43,048 nucleotides of DNA from a virus (Duplodnaviria; Caudoviricetes): positions 1 through 43,048 of IMG/VR virus record IMGVR_UViG_3300049015_000087; one strand, 5' to 3'. Both the position numbers and the translations under genes were made by a program. The notes beneath the pieces were generated by a model. The model was not told the DNA's origin. It saw nothing but the letters and a program-made list of their open reading frames with translations, and ran no database searches. This document shows, piece after piece, positions 17,485 to 27,451 of the stretch (position 1 is the first letter of the stretch; every line of letters begins with the position of its first letter).

Positions 17485-17901
17485 TCAGTTGGTGTCGGAC
17501 CGATATTGGAACGAAGCAGATACCGTGAAACTGTTGCCGTCTGGAATTCCTGGGCCGGGCGCAACCGGCGTCATCACTGACACGATCAATCCGGTGCGAG
17601 CAACGCGCAGATTCAAGGGGAACAAAGCCGCCAACTCATCCACGATGCTGCTTGCCTCGGTCCGGTACTTCCCGGACGGCGTCACGATATTCACCTGAAA
17701 CACGCCGGTATAGAGGCGGTGATCGCCGCTTAGCGTGTTGCTGGCCGTGACTGACGGCAGCGTGAAGGCTCGGAGATACGTCTCGGCGGCGCCTGGCGTA
17801 TATGCCTCGTTCTCCACCACGACCTTCAGTGGCTTGGCTCTAGCCTTGGCCCAGGCAAGCAGGCGCGACTCGAACGCTGCAGCGATGATGTTGTGGCTCA
17901 T
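17485..17901 (-). CDS. Tail terminator-like protein
   Basis: Position; ENEAY, GVFQVNI, ELAALFP. Confidence 0.8.
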   Translation of the reverse strand: MSHNIIAAAFESRLLAWAKARAKPLKVVVENEAYTPGAAETYLRAFTLPSVTASNTLSGDHRLYTGVFQVNIVTPSGKYRTEASSIVDELAALFPLNLRVARTGLIVSVMTPVAPGPGIPDGNSFTVSASFQYRSDTN

Positions 17902-18320
17902 ACTTTATGGTTCCTGATGGCCTCCAGGACAATTTGCTGGAAACGCGCCTGAGTGATTCGCACCATTCCCCCCGGAGCCTGGTCGGAATGGCCGTACTCT
18001 AGCGGTATCGCATAAGGCAAATTGTTCACAATGAACGCCGTGGTTCCTGCCCGGAAGAAAATCGACCCTTCTGCGATGCGTGCTGTTGCTGCCGCTCCGG
18101 TCGGATCAACCACTCCAAGCGTCCCTTCCGGCGGCGCATCGATGGACATCTGCCAATTGCCACGGAATCGCCCGGTATCTACCGGAGACATTCGAATCAG
18201 CGAGTTACCGATTTCAATGATGATCTCGCGAAGGCTAGCGTCCACCGCCTCTTGGGCCTGTTTGGCAAACTCGGCCAGCTGGAGCGAAAAGCTGCCTTGC
18301 CGGCCTGCGTAAGTGTTCAT
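17898..18320 (-). CDS. HK97 gp10-like tail completion protein
   Basis: SPVDTGRFRGNW, NNLPYA..LEYGHS.QAP.GMVR. Confidence 0.88.
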   Translation of the reverse strand: MNTYAGRQGSFSLQLAEFAKQAQEAVDASLREIIIEIGNSLIRMSPVDTGRFRGNWQMSIDAPPEGTLGVVDPTGAAATARIAEGSIFFRAGTTAFIVNNLPYAIPLEYGHSDQAPGGMVRITQARFQQIVLEAIRNHKV

Positions 18321-18682
18321 GAACGGACCTGCAATTCGTATATCAGCGGCGTGCCGGCTGGGTTGACCTCCTTAACGTTGATCACCGTCCAGGTATTCCC
18401 CTGGATCTCGGCAGTGATCATTGGCTTCGGCTTCCAATCCAAGCCCAACGCCGCAATCTTCAGCTTCTTGTCGCCACGCACTATCAGGGTGTCGGCTTGA
18501 AACTCGAAGCCGGTGAAATCGAGCAGCATGCCCTGGGCTATTTGCTCGAGGATGACCTCCGCGCCTTCCGGATTGTCAGGATCGTATCCCCCAGGCTGAA
18601 CATCGCGCAGCGTAACTGCTTGGCCGTACTGTGTGATCAGCCGTAGGGCTGTTGCTGCCATCCGGTCGTAAAACTCACTCAT
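18317..18682 (-). CDS. Head closure/stopper protein
   Basis: Position; YDRM.ATA..LI..YG, GYDP, PAGTPLIYELQVR. Confidence 0.75.
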   Translation of the reverse strand: MSEFYDRMAATALRLITQYGQAVTLRDVQPGGYDPDNPEGAEVILEQIAQGMLLDFTGFEFQADTLIVRGDKKLKIAALGLDWKPKPMITAEIQGNTWTVINVKEVNPAGTPLIYELQVRS

Positions 18683-18685
18683 CGG

Positions 18686-19189
18686 TTAAGCCCTTACAGC
18701 GAACAACCCACGTTTGAGAAGGTAGTCCGCAAATTGCGTGCGGCTTGGCCTATCCGGAGCAGCCGGAAGCAGCCTGCCGCTGGTATTGGAAATCGTCGCG
18801 TACTCAGTCTCGACGGCGCCTTCGACCCGCTCCCGAATAACCGCGCCCTTGCGCGTCTCGATAGGATCGATGTCGTCACGATGAATCTCCGCTGCGAGAG
18901 CCATTTGGCCGTAAGGAATGCGCGCCGGAAGGTAGTCGTTCGGCTTGATCTCACAATCCAGTTGAATACCCCGGCGCGGCCACGCCAGGGCCTGATCGCT
19001 AGACATCTTCTGCCCTTTCCAGGCCATGCCATTCATCGCCAAGGCGGCCCGGCGAAGCAGTGCTTCTTGCGCGGGGGTATCCGCAGGGATGGCGACGCCG
19101 AATTTCGCGGCGTAACGGACTAAATCCTCAGCGCTCGAATAGCTTTCGGCATCAGGCTTACCAGTGCCGTCCTCGATGATGAGTGTCAT
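18686..19189 (-). CDS. Head-tail adaptor
   Basis: LIIEDGTG...AESY, QALAWPR, AVETEY. Confidence 0.8.
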   Translation of the reverse strand: MTLIIEDGTGKPDAESYSSAEDLVRYAAKFGVAIPADTPAQEALLRRAALAMNGMAWKGQKMSSDQALAWPRRGIQLDCEIKPNDYLPARIPYGQMALAAEIHRDDIDPIETRKGAVIRERVEGAVETEYATISNTSGRLLPAAPDRPSRTQFADYLLKRGLFAVRA

Positions 19190-19193
19190 GGAA

Positions 19194-19502
19194 TCAGCTC
19201 GCAGGAATGAGTTTTACGATTTCAGCCTTCGGCGCCTTCGGATCGAACTCAATGCCCTGGGCAGTGAGCCAATTCCTCAGATCCGCCACTCCCATTTTGG
19301 CCGGATCTGTTTCCACTGCGCCACCGGCTTCGACAACATCCACTTGAACCTTGGCGGTCCTGTAGGCATCGAGGACGACCGGCCAATCGCCGATCACTGT
19401 GACCTTCGTTACGCCCGACTCCGGCTTCTCGAAATAAACGGGGTTGCGATAACGCTTGTCTGGATCGAAGTCCCTGGTTTGCGCCGAATAAGTAAGCTCC
19501 AT
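19194..19502 (-). CDS. Small head protein with C-terminal HeH/LEM-like motif
   Basis: Follows capsid; MGVADLRNWLTAQGIEF...KAEIVKLI. Confidence 0.7.
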   Translation of the reverse strand: MELTYSAQTRDFDPDKRYRNPVYFEKPESGVTKVTVIGDWPVVLDAYRTAKVQVDVVEAGGAVETDPAKMGVADLRNWLTAQGIEFDPKAPKAEIVKLIPAS

Positions 19503-19554
19503 GTCGCTCTCCAAAAGCGGCCCGTTACAGGCCGCTGGCTAAAGGTGAACGCCT

Positions 19555-20502
19555 TTAAGGCGCGGACAGGTCGATCAAGACGCCTGCAGTAACCTTGTCG
19601 CTGGTTGCGTACTTGGTCCAGTTAGCGCCGGTTCCGATAGCAGCCAGGTTAGGGTTCACACCACCGGTAGAGTCATTCCAGCTGTAACCCAGAAGGTCCA
19701 GGTTGAATGTCCCTTCGGCGCGGAAGCCCATCGCCAAGTTTTCCTGGGTGTTGATCGGGTACGAACGGAAGCCCGGAGCTTGAGACTCTGTGATTTTGAT
19801 CGCGCCGGCTTGCAGGCCGAAGATGGTTTCCGCTGGGATCGTGTCCGAGACCAGAACGGGCTTGCCCATGGTTCCAGGTTGGCCGCCGTAGATGACCACA
19901 CCCGCCTCTTCGTAGACCTTTTCGGTAATGGCCTGATCGACCATGTCGAAGTAGGTGGCCGAGTCCATGGTCCACAACGCAATACGACCGAAGCGATCGC
20001 CAAACTTGCGCATGCCTTTGGTCAGCGCCTTCTTGCCCTCGGTGGCGAAGCTGGCAGTGGCAACCATGTTCGGATTTGCACCGATAGCAGCCTTCAGGGC
20101 TGCCATCGCGTACTGGATGTATCCTTCGAGAACCGCATCGGCGTAGTCAATCCCCACCAGTTCGGAAAACTCCTCCGGGGAACGTGCTCGGCGCTTAAAC
20201 GCCTCTTCAGTGGTTTCGTAAGGACCGTACTTGAACGGCACCTTCACACCGACCATCTCACCAGAGCCGATCTTCTGGCCGGCCACCGTTGCAGTCGAGT
20301 TGACGTCACGGTGTGCGATGGAGCCGCCGAGCTTGTAGAAAGCACGCTTGCGCAAGTCACCTTCGATCAGCTCGTTATCCAGCACCAGAGCGCCATTGGA
20401 AGAAGCGTTGAACACATCGATCACATCCTGGATACGCTCCAGGTAGGCGGTCTGGGCAAGATCGTTATAAACGATCATGTCCGTGTTGACGGTAGTCGGC
20501 AT
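19555..20502 (-). CDS. Major capsid protein
   Basis: 315 aa after scaffold; FNASSNGA, NW.K...SDK.TAGV. Confidence 0.9.
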   Translation of the reverse strand: MPTTVNTDMIVYNDLAQTAYLERIQDVIDVFNASSNGALVLDNELIEGDLRKRAFYKLGGSIAHRDVNSTATVAGQKIGSGEMVGVKVPFKYGPYETTEEAFKRRARSPEEFSELVGIDYADAVLEGYIQYAMAALKAAIGANPNMVATASFATEGKKALTKGMRKFGDRFGRIALWTMDSATYFDMVDQAITEKVYEEAGVVIYGGQPGTMGKPVLVSDTIPAETIFGLQAGAIKITESQAPGFRSYPINTQENLAMGFRAEGTFNLDLLGYSWNDSTGGVNPNLAAIGTGANWTKYATSDKVTAGVLIDLSAP

Positions 20503-20513
20503 GGGTTACTCCT

Positions 20514-21242
20514 TTATTTAGGCAATTTCAGGTAGGCGTCCTGGCCGTGCTTCGTGATGAATTCACGCTTGGCCGAAGGCGTCATTTCGGAGCGTTTCAG
20601 CGCGGCATTACCGCTACCCCCGCCCGGGGCATTGGTTCCTGAAGCCCTAGGCCACAGATGAGGTGCGCTTTCGCGCAAGGATTCCGCCCATTCGAGCGGC
20701 GTCAGAGGGGTCTTGCCGTCTTTGCCAAGGATGGCCTGGCCTTCCTTATCGATCGCAACTGCTTCGCCCTCTTCATTGAGCGTGAACTGCCCTTTGGCAC
20801 GCAGAATCAGATCCTCCGCTGCCTCAGGAAGCGCTCCAGCCTTGATGGCCGCAGAACGGATGGAGTCGCCCAAGACCTTGTCCCGGAACTTGCTCGCGAA
20901 GGATTCGGCTTTGTCAGCACGTTCCTTTTCCGCCTTGAGTTGCTTTTCGAAGTCGCCACGCAAGCGCTCTGTGCGCCTGGAAAACACTTCGTCAATCTTG
21001 CCTTCGGTGAGGAGTTTCGTTTCTTCATCCTCGCCGGCCTTGGTCAACAGCCCCTTCACCGCGTTGATGTCCAGGCCTTCGAACTGAGTTTCGAATTGGC
21101 TGAGTTTTTTGGTGGTTTCCTTCAGCTTGCCCAGCAACTCGGTGTTCTTGGTTTTCAACCCGGTCACAGAGGCTTCCACGGCAGTCGCGATAGCGGCCTT
21201 GATTGCCGGATTTTCCAGGTCGATTTCGTTTTCTTCTGCCAC
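20514..21242 (-). CDS. Capsid scaffolding protein
   Basis: Charged coiled coil, GLK.KN.ELL, APHLWP..SG, C-terminal YLKLPK; GTG start. Confidence 0.85.
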   Translation of the reverse strand: MAEENEIDLENPAIKAAIATAVEASVTGLKTKNTELLGKLKETTKKLSQFETQFEGLDINAVKGLLTKAGEDEETKLLTEGKIDEVFSRRTERLRGDFEKQLKAEKERADKAESFASKFRDKVLGDSIRSAAIKAGALPEAAEDLILRAKGQFTLNEEGEAVAIDKEGQAILGKDGKTPLTPLEWAESLRESAPHLWPRASGTNAPGGGSGNAALKRSEMTPSAKREFITKHGQDAYLKLPK

Positions 21243-21284
21243 GTTTAGGCCCCCTTGGGTTCGTGCTGCCTGCTTTACAGGCAT

Positions 21285-21310
21285 AAAAAACCCGGCACAT
21301 GGCCGGGCTT
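21285..21310 (-). terminator. Terminator of the nuclease moron
   Basis: CCCGG hairpin followed by T6 on the minus strand. Confidence 0.7.
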
Positions 21311-21319
21311 GTTTTGGAG

Positions 21320-21784
21320 TTAGCGCTTAGGTATTCGCTCTTCGTCAGGTACGAACTGATTGATCCGCTTTAGCATCGCCATCAATCCGCCATGTAGCCC
21401 AGTCTTCGTGACCTTTCGCCCCGAAAGCTGCACCTGAATGAGATGTCCCGGCCCGTTGTAAATCTCCTCGAACGTACCATCACGATTCATGCGAATACCG
21501 AGGTAATAGTCGGGCACATGATGGACTGGAAAAGTAAGACTGGTTCCGAACGTGGTTTTGATTTGCACATTCCGCCCATCAGGCGTGACAGCGTCATGGT
21601 GCTTGGTCAGCTTCTCATTCAGCGTGAGGTTATAAGCCAGGCTGGCGATGACTTCGCCGATATCGCCAACAAGTCGGCCATCAGGCGTGAAAGGCTTGCC
21701 TGGATATGCGTCCCGCAGCATTGAAACCGCGGTAAAAAGCCCTTTCAAAGCCTCTTCAATTTTCTGCTGAATGACCTGATCCAT
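21320..21784 (-). CDS. Putative PD-(D/E)xK-type nuclease moron
   Basis: FTPDGRLVGDIGE...HDA...VQIKTT pattern of the restriction-endonuclease-like fold. Confidence 0.7.
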   Translation of the reverse strand: MDQVIQQKIEEALKGLFTAVSMLRDAYPGKPFTPDGRLVGDIGEVIASLAYNLTLNEKLTKHHDAVTPDGRNVQIKTTFGTSLTFPVHHVPDYYLGIRMNRDGTFEEIYNGPGHLIQVQLSGRKVTKTGLHGGLMAMLKRINQFVPDEERIPKR

Positions 21785-21816
21785 AGTGGCTCCTTGATAT
21801 GAGCCACAATCCTATA

Positions 21817-22902
21817 TCAGATTCCCGCCAGCTCGAATGCTAGCGGCTCCAACTCCTTCATGCGCGCCAGGGTCATAGGCGCGAAGTTGCGATCTAGCTG
21901 CAACTCCGCAAAACGCTTGATTGTCAGACCGCCCTCACGAAAGAGCTTGCCTCGCGTCGGACCTAACGCCACGTCCTGAAACGAAGCGGGCTGCTGCTGG
22001 AGCCAATGGTAATAGTCGAGGCTTGCACTGACCTGCCCTGCTCCGTCCGCACCCACAGCGGCCCGTGTAGCGCCCTTACCGAAGGTTTCGCTGAGCTTGG
22101 TCAGCAGGATGAATGTGGTTCGGCAGTTCGGGTGGAACGGCGGACGCGGCCCAGAATCGACCGGGAAACGCCGCTTATCCATGGATCGGCATTGCTGACT
22201 TGTCTTGCTGTCCAGCGTGGCAACCATTTCGACTTCCGTCACGACGTCCGTATTGGCCCGTGCCACCTCCATGCGCGCCTGCGACGAGACGTGCTGGATC
22301 GCTGTGCGCACCACTGTGCTCGCGTTTCGATTGGTGATTGCGAGAATGCCGTCTTTGTAGTCCGTCGCCTTGGTACCGCGAATGTTGCGGATGATCTGGA
22401 AGTTCGTAAGCCCTTCGAAGAAACCCTGGCGTATCGCGCCAATGACGCGCTCTCGCTCAGCCGCAGCCCAACCCTTGATGAAGGATTTCAACAGCTTTCC
22501 GCCACCCGTGCCGCGCACGCTGAGAGGGTTTGTCAGCACCGCTGTACGGATCGCAGCTGCTGTCGGGGTAACAACGTCCAAGGCCACGCCGACCGGCGCG
22601 AATCTGGCGAGGGTTGTCACCTCGAACTCGCCTTCGTAATTGGCGATATCCACCAAGTCGAGATTCAGCTGATTGCTGAAGCGATCGAATATGCCCAGCA
22701 ACAGGCTATCGACCTCCTTGAGCAGCGCCTCCAGACGCCTGACGTTGTATTCGGAGAGATCGCTACGCGTGAGTCGGTCGCGGATCGATCGGTCGATCTC
22801 CTTGAGGAACGGAGCGAATTTGCCGACTTCTCCGGCCTTGAGCTTTTCGAGAAAGACAGCGTGCCGAACCGTGGCATCAAGGATCGCTTGGTTTGCCGCC
22901 AT
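21817..22902 (-). CDS. Minor head protein (SPP1 gp7/Mu gpF family)
   Basis: VRTA..H, ATLDSKTS..CR..D, PPFHPNCRT. Confidence 0.9.
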   Translation of the reverse strand: MAANQAILDATVRHAVFLEKLKAGEVGKFAPFLKEIDRSIRDRLTRSDLSEYNVRRLEALLKEVDSLLLGIFDRFSNQLNLDLVDIANYEGEFEVTTLARFAPVGVALDVVTPTAAAIRTAVLTNPLSVRGTGGGKLLKSFIKGWAAAERERVIGAIRQGFFEGLTNFQIIRNIRGTKATDYKDGILAITNRNASTVVRTAIQHVSSQARMEVARANTDVVTEVEMVATLDSKTSQQCRSMDKRRFPVDSGPRPPFHPNCRTTFILLTKLSETFGKGATRAAVGADGAGQVSASLDYYHWLQQQPASFQDVALGPTRGKLFREGGLTIKRFAELQLDRNFAPMTLARMKELEPLAFELAGI

Positions 22903-24295
22903 CTATTTGTTCCTCGTCATCCAAGCCCAGGCCATCGGCCTGCTCCAGCAGCTCCCCGTCAATCTGCTGATCGGTGCGTTCAGGTGCGATAAGGCCCAAT
23001 TTGCGGAGATAGGCTCGTAGGTCGGATTTGGCGAAACCGCCGTTCTGCCATAGCCCAACCAGCGCGGTGATCATCTGAGGATCAGCCGTCAGCTCGACGA
23101 ACTCTTGGTTGATCTGATAGCTGACCTTCGCATCACTCACCCCCATGTACTGGCAACACCACATAATCGCCTGGGTATAGGCTTCGCTGACGTTTGCCAC
23201 GCAACCGGCTAGGACCGACGTCGATGCAGACTGGTCGCCCCGGGATTCAGTCGCTGTTTTGGCTGTGAGCGACGCCACAACCATGCGAGCACCGAGCTCG
23301 ATCATCATTTGGTTCTTGTCGGCCATCGCCTCTTTCACCAGCGTGTTCGGCTGTGGCTGCGCATAGCCGAAGGCACCACCAACTGGCAGCATCATCGGAG
23401 CGCGGGAACCGACATAGACGCCGCTCGTCTCCATCCAATCGCGCCACTGTTCATCCAGGCCGGAAATCCAGGGCTGAGCTTGTCCACACCAGAAGACGCT
23501 GTCCTCGTAGTCAGCACTGTTCCGATAGTGGCCGAGGTTGATCATGGCGATGTCGTACAGGGGCGACTCATCAATGCTCGGGTCGTTGTTCTGCGCACCG
23601 ACAAAGGTGAATGGGATTTCCTTCAGGCGTCCGTTACCGCCCGCAGGCTTGAACTCCTCAATCACAACCAGCGGCCCGCCTCCCTTTGGCCCGGATCTTC
23701 GCCATACACGACAGACGAAACCGTCGGCCTCAAGGACCAGTTCTCGATATTGCTCGATCACCTTGAAGCCGAAACCATCTTCGATCTCGGGCCACTCCCG
23801 CAGCACAACCAAGGTGAGCACACTGCGACCGTTCACCATGCCGGTACGCCAGTTGATGATGTCCTCGGCGCAGTACGACAGAATGACCGCCCGACCGCCA
23901 ATGCCATCATCGGGGTGGTAATCGACGTACAGACCATGCCGGCCAGCCTCAAGCACCTTTTCTAGCGTGCCTTGGGAGTGCTGATAGATGCTGACGCCGG
24001 AGCCGTTAGCGTTGTCCTGAAGATACTCGAGCTTCTGCGCAACGGTCAGTGTCGGGTCTTTGTGGAACGCCAAACCGAGTAACCCGTTGCGCGTGTGCCC
24101 GGTCGCGTTCTTGAACACGGCTCTCTCGCGATAAGCCTTGTTTCGGTCCACGTTCTCCGGCGACTTGTCGTGAGCGTTGATATACGGCAAGCGATCCACT
24201 ACTCGGTGCTGACCGGCGCAGACGTCGCGTACGGTCGCCCAGCGGTCCAAAGCCTCCAGATAGTCCGCACGCTTGAAGGAGACGTCGTTGCTCAT
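22877..24295 (-). CDS. Portal protein
   Basis: 472 aa directly after TerL; Y..RA.F.N, IPFTFVG, NLGHYRNSADYE. Confidence 0.88.
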   Translation of the reverse strand: MSNDVSFKRADYLEALDRWATVRDVCAGQHRVVDRLPYINAHDKSPENVDRNKAYRERAVFKNATGHTRNGLLGLAFHKDPTLTVAQKLEYLQDNANGSGVSIYQHSQGTLEKVLEAGRHGLYVDYHPDDGIGGRAVILSYCAEDIINWRTGMVNGRSVLTLVVLREWPEIEDGFGFKVIEQYRELVLEADGFVCRVWRRSGPKGGGPLVVIEEFKPAGGNGRLKEIPFTFVGAQNNDPSIDESPLYDIAMINLGHYRNSADYEDSVFWCGQAQPWISGLDEQWRDWMETSGVYVGSRAPMMLPVGGAFGYAQPQPNTLVKEAMADKNQMMIELGARMVVASLTAKTATESRGDQSASTSVLAGCVANVSEAYTQAIMWCCQYMGVSDAKVSYQINQEFVELTADPQMITALVGLWQNGGFAKSDLRAYLRKLGLIAPERTDQQIDGELLEQADGLGLDDEEQIDGGKPSDP

Positions 24296-25593
24296 CGGGC
24301 GTATCCCATTTTCATTGAAGTGACCGGTTTAACGATCGGGTATTCGCGGTGAATGAAATAACCGCCGCCGTCGTTGGCGTGGTCGTTTCCTTGTGTTTTG
24401 TCAGGCTCACCATTGGCTGCCCAAATCTGTTGTTCCAGGCCGTCGGCATAGGTCGGGCATTTGAACGGATTAACCAAGTACCTCCGCTCGCCTTGGGCGT
24501 TGCAGAACATGGCGTTCATAGCGTTGATCCGGTCTTTCACCGGTGGATTAGCCGCAGGAGCAATGACCGTGAAGCCGGCCTGCTTGAGCATGGCAATATC
24601 CGTCATGCTGGCATTGACCGACTTGCGAGAATCACCGGAGGCGTCCGGGTAGATTCGGATCTCGCAGGTCTTCCTGAAGTCGTTACCGTTGTGCTCCCAG
24701 TACCGCTCTTTGATGCGGCGGATCATGTCCGGCGTGTCGTGGCCATTTATCAGCTCATCGACTGCTCTGGGCAGGCCCTGGTCGCGCTTAACGTGGGTAA
24801 TCGCCGCCATCTTGCCGACGTTGAAGTCCATACCGATGAACAGAGGCTCTCCGGGCTGCACGGTGTCGAAGCACTGGTTCAGCTTCCGGTCGTAAGCGTG
24901 GTACACCGATCCGGATGTCAGGTTCACGAATTGGCCGTTCAGGTAGGCCCTGATCAGTTGCTCGGGATACGACTCCATCAGCGACGGGATGTAGTCGTCT
25001 GGCAGGTTCAGCTCGTTGTCGAATGTGCTCGCCTGGACCAAGCCGTACATGCCGCTTAGCGCTGGTTTCTCGCGAAGCTGCTTCACGAACTGCTGATAGA
25101 CGAATTTGAAGCCCTCAGGCGTCGTGGTGACGTCTACTCCGTTCTTCAGCCCAGGAGCGCTATACCGCATCCGCGCGATGATCTTTCGCCAAGCCTGCTG
25201 CGCCTTAACTGACGACAGCACATCCAGCTCATCCACTAGCGCATGGCCGATCTTGAAGCCCACGATGGTTTGAGGCTTCTCCATCGACCGGCAAATCACT
25301 GTTCCCCGGTACTGCCGACCACTGTAGATGTGAACCTCATGGTTCGCCTGGTTGATCTTGGTCTTCAATCCCCAGTCATAGGCCACCTCATCCATGGTCG
25401 GATAGAAGATGTCTCGGATCTGCGGATAGGTCGGTGCGAAGTAGCCAGCGTTTACGCTCGGCCATTCCATGAAGTGCTTGCTCAGTGCAGAGCAACCCAC
25501 CCAGGTCTTGCCGGAACCGAATCCAGCAACGAAAGCGCGAAACTTGTTGGGCAACGTGAGGAACTGCGCCTGGGGAACGTTAAGGCTCGGCAT
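24292..25593 (-). CDS. terL: Terminase large subunit
   Basis: Walker A AGFGSGKT, Walker B LVDE, TTTPEG, nuclease GMDFN and DHAND. Confidence 0.96.
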   Translation of the reverse strand: MPSLNVPQAQFLTLPNKFRAFVAGFGSGKTWVGCSALSKHFMEWPSVNAGYFAPTYPQIRDIFYPTMDEVAYDWGLKTKINQANHEVHIYSGRQYRGTVICRSMEKPQTIVGFKIGHALVDELDVLSSVKAQQAWRKIIARMRYSAPGLKNGVDVTTTPEGFKFVYQQFVKQLREKPALSGMYGLVQASTFDNELNLPDDYIPSLMESYPEQLIRAYLNGQFVNLTSGSVYHAYDRKLNQCFDTVQPGEPLFIGMDFNVGKMAAITHVKRDQGLPRAVDELINGHDTPDMIRRIKERYWEHNGNDFRKTCEIRIYPDASGDSRKSVNASMTDIAMLKQAGFTVIAPAANPPVKDRINAMNAMFCNAQGERRYLVNPFKCPTYADGLEQQIWAANGEPDKTQGNDHANDGGGYFIHREYPIVKPVTSMKMGYAR

Positions 25594-26041
25594 TCGGCTT
25601 CCTCGCATCCACTACGTCCACCTGGATACGAGTAGGAACTGCCGGCTCGTCGTCCGGCTCCTCCTTACGCGAGCGGTTGACGTACATATCGCCCGTCTCC
25701 TTCGCAGCCTGCTCCAGGATCTGCATCGCGAGGCTGATGTTCCTCATGCTCTCGGCCTTCTCCACGAAGCGATTCAAGGCGCGAAGGCGAAACGCTCGGT
25801 TGGCGATGGGGATCTCTGCTGTCTCTTCCCGGAAGCGCTTGCGAGTGTCCTCAAACACCGTCCGCCACTTCAGGCTTAGGTCGCGCCCTGCGTATTTCGT
25901 GGGGTCGTAGAACTCGCATTGCTGCCGGCTTACCTCGAGGCCGAAGGTGTCCTTGACTGCTTGCGCCACTTGGCTTGGCGTATCGAAACAGGCAAGGGAC
26001 TGCACAATGAAGCGCTTTACCTCATCTTTCAGGGCTGCCAT
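25580..26041 (-). CDS. terS: Terminase small subunit
   Basis: Overlaps terL start; IVQSLACFDTPSQV, IPIANRAFRL. Confidence 0.8.
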   Translation of the reverse strand: MAALKDEVKRFIVQSLACFDTPSQVAQAVKDTFGLEVSRQQCEFYDPTKYAGRDLSLKWRTVFEDTRKRFREETAEIPIANRAFRLRALNRFVEKAESMRNISLAMQILEQAAKETGDMYVNRSRKEEPDDEPAVPTRIQVDVVDARKPNAEP

Positions 26042-26073
26042 ATGGGTTTATTCCGTCAAAGTCTGGTCAAGTG

Positions 26074-26697
26074 TCAGGCCGACTTGAGGAGACAGGTTCC
26101 GCAGGCCCTCGCTATGTTCAGTTTCCCTACCTCGGCAGGGTTGTTAGCAGCATCCACCAGAGCTTGAACGTCAGGCGTAGCGCCGTAGCGGCGCACCACA
26201 CCGACGAACTCTTCCACGTCGTGGCCTCGAAGCTTGACCTTCGGCTTACCGTCTTGGGTGAATGCGGGTTGACCGTACTTGTCGGTCGCGTGAGCTAGGT
26301 GATACAGCTCATGTTCGATGAGTGCGCAGAACTCTAGGTCGCTGCACTGGGCGCAGTAGTCGGCGGCCAGAGTGATGATGAAACCCGGTACTTCGCCGAA
26401 CCAATCCCGCATCTGCTGCTCCATCCGCGCCTTCTGCCAGCCACCGGTACGGAATGCGACCTGCTCTGCCTGGCCCAGGACTGTGCGCCCTTGCTTCTCG
26501 AAGGATGACGAGGCCCACATGATCCGGATGTCTGCATCCAATAGGTGGGCGTGGTCTTGGTTGTGGATGTTGCCGGTGTCGGCAAGGATTTCAACTTGGA
26601 GCCATTCCCACACTTCAGGTGCTGGAACAAGCCGAATACCGAAGCTAGATAGCTCGGCCAACTCAAAGAGCGACATTGGAGGATATGGCCTTTCCAT
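26074..26697 (-). CDS. Phage putative metallopeptidase
   Basis: IEHELYH (HExxH) and HDVEEF motifs. Confidence 0.85.
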   Translation of the reverse strand: MERPYPPMSLFELAELSSFGIRLVPAPEVWEWLQVEILADTGNIHNQDHAHLLDADIRIMWASSSFEKQGRTVLGQAEQVAFRTGGWQKARMEQQMRDWFGEVPGFIITLAADYCAQCSDLEFCALIEHELYHLAHATDKYGQPAFTQDGKPKVKLRGHDVEEFVGVVRRYGATPDVQALVDAANNPAEVGKLNIARACGTCLLKSA

Positions 26698-26710
26698 AGT
26701 CACCTTGAGG

Positions 26711-26739
26711 TTGAAAGAGTCGCTGATTGGCGGTATTGG
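26711..26739 (+). promoter_or_regulatory. Putative sigma70 promoter of the lipoprotein moron
   Basis: TTGAAA-N17-TATTGG; similar layout at 27505-27533 (TTGCAG-N17-TATTTA). Confidence 0.4.
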
Positions 26740-26779
26740 TGTCCGGCCATTTCAAAAAAAAGTAAGGACACTTGCCGCA

Positions 26780-27217
26780 ATGCAATATTCCCGTTGCCTC
26801 GCCTTCACAGCAATGACACTCGCCTCAGTCACACTCTCCGGATGCGTTTCCGCTCCGACTTGGGTGAATAGAGGACCAGCAGACATTATTACTGGCAAAG
26901 GCCTGATTTCCTGCTACACGGATGCGAACATCATCGATGGAGAGAGGATGGAGGGCACCATATGTGCCACTCCCGAGTCGGGCTTCTTCGGCGGTGGCGA
27001 GCCAGAGATCTATTTTGGCCCGTGGAACCGGAAATTCATGAAAGAACCTGCCGGTAAGACCACAGCAGGTGTACAACGGGACTACCAAGGGAAAAAGGTG
27101 TTCCTGCAGTGTGATCCTGTCTTAGCACGGGATAACAAAACTGAAACAGGTCGAGCTTGTAAGGTCACGATCAACGATCAGCTTCTGGTCAGCGCGAACG
27201 TGGTGTTCAAATTCTGA
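26780..27217 (+). CDS. Lipoprotein moron
   Basis: Signal peptide with lipobox TLSGC; four further Cys; C-terminal Phe. Confidence 0.8.
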   Translation: MQYSRCLAFTAMTLASVTLSGCVSAPTWVNRGPADIITGKGLISCYTDANIIDGERMEGTICATPESGFFGGGEPEIYFGPWNRKFMKEPAGKTTAGVQRDYQGKKVFLQCDPVLARDNKTETGRACKVTINDQLLVSANVVFKF

Positions 27218-27256
27218 TTCGGTTAGCGCATCGCTGCAATCAACGAGGACACAGCG

Positions 27257-27451
27257 GTGGATAGGATGCTAGATGAACAGTCCATACTGCGTGCAGCTAG
27301 AGAGTGGGCCTCCCGAACTGGGCGTGATGAAGCAATGGCCGTCAGCAGCGCTTCAGAAACTATGGCAGCACTGAAAGCTAAGCTACCGCTGGGCGAGGTT
27401 GAAGTTCTCTTGGAGAGTCTTCTCCGTCAGTACGAAGACGACGGTAGGTAA
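27257..27451 (+). CDS. Hypothetical moron protein
   Basis: 64 aa helical ORF with GAGGA upstream. Confidence 0.6.
   Translation: MDRMLDEQSILRAAREWASRTGRDEAMAVSSASETMAALKAKLPLGEVEVLLESLLRQYEDDGR

Noticed and set aside
19780-25059. Several long plus-strand ORFs (251, 328, 218, 236 aa) opposite head and terminase genes
   Set aside because: All fully overlap well-supported minus-strand genes and lack motifs
26372-26779. N-terminal half of the 281 aa ORF
   Set aside because: Antisense to the metallopeptidase; the real lipoprotein starts at ATG 26780
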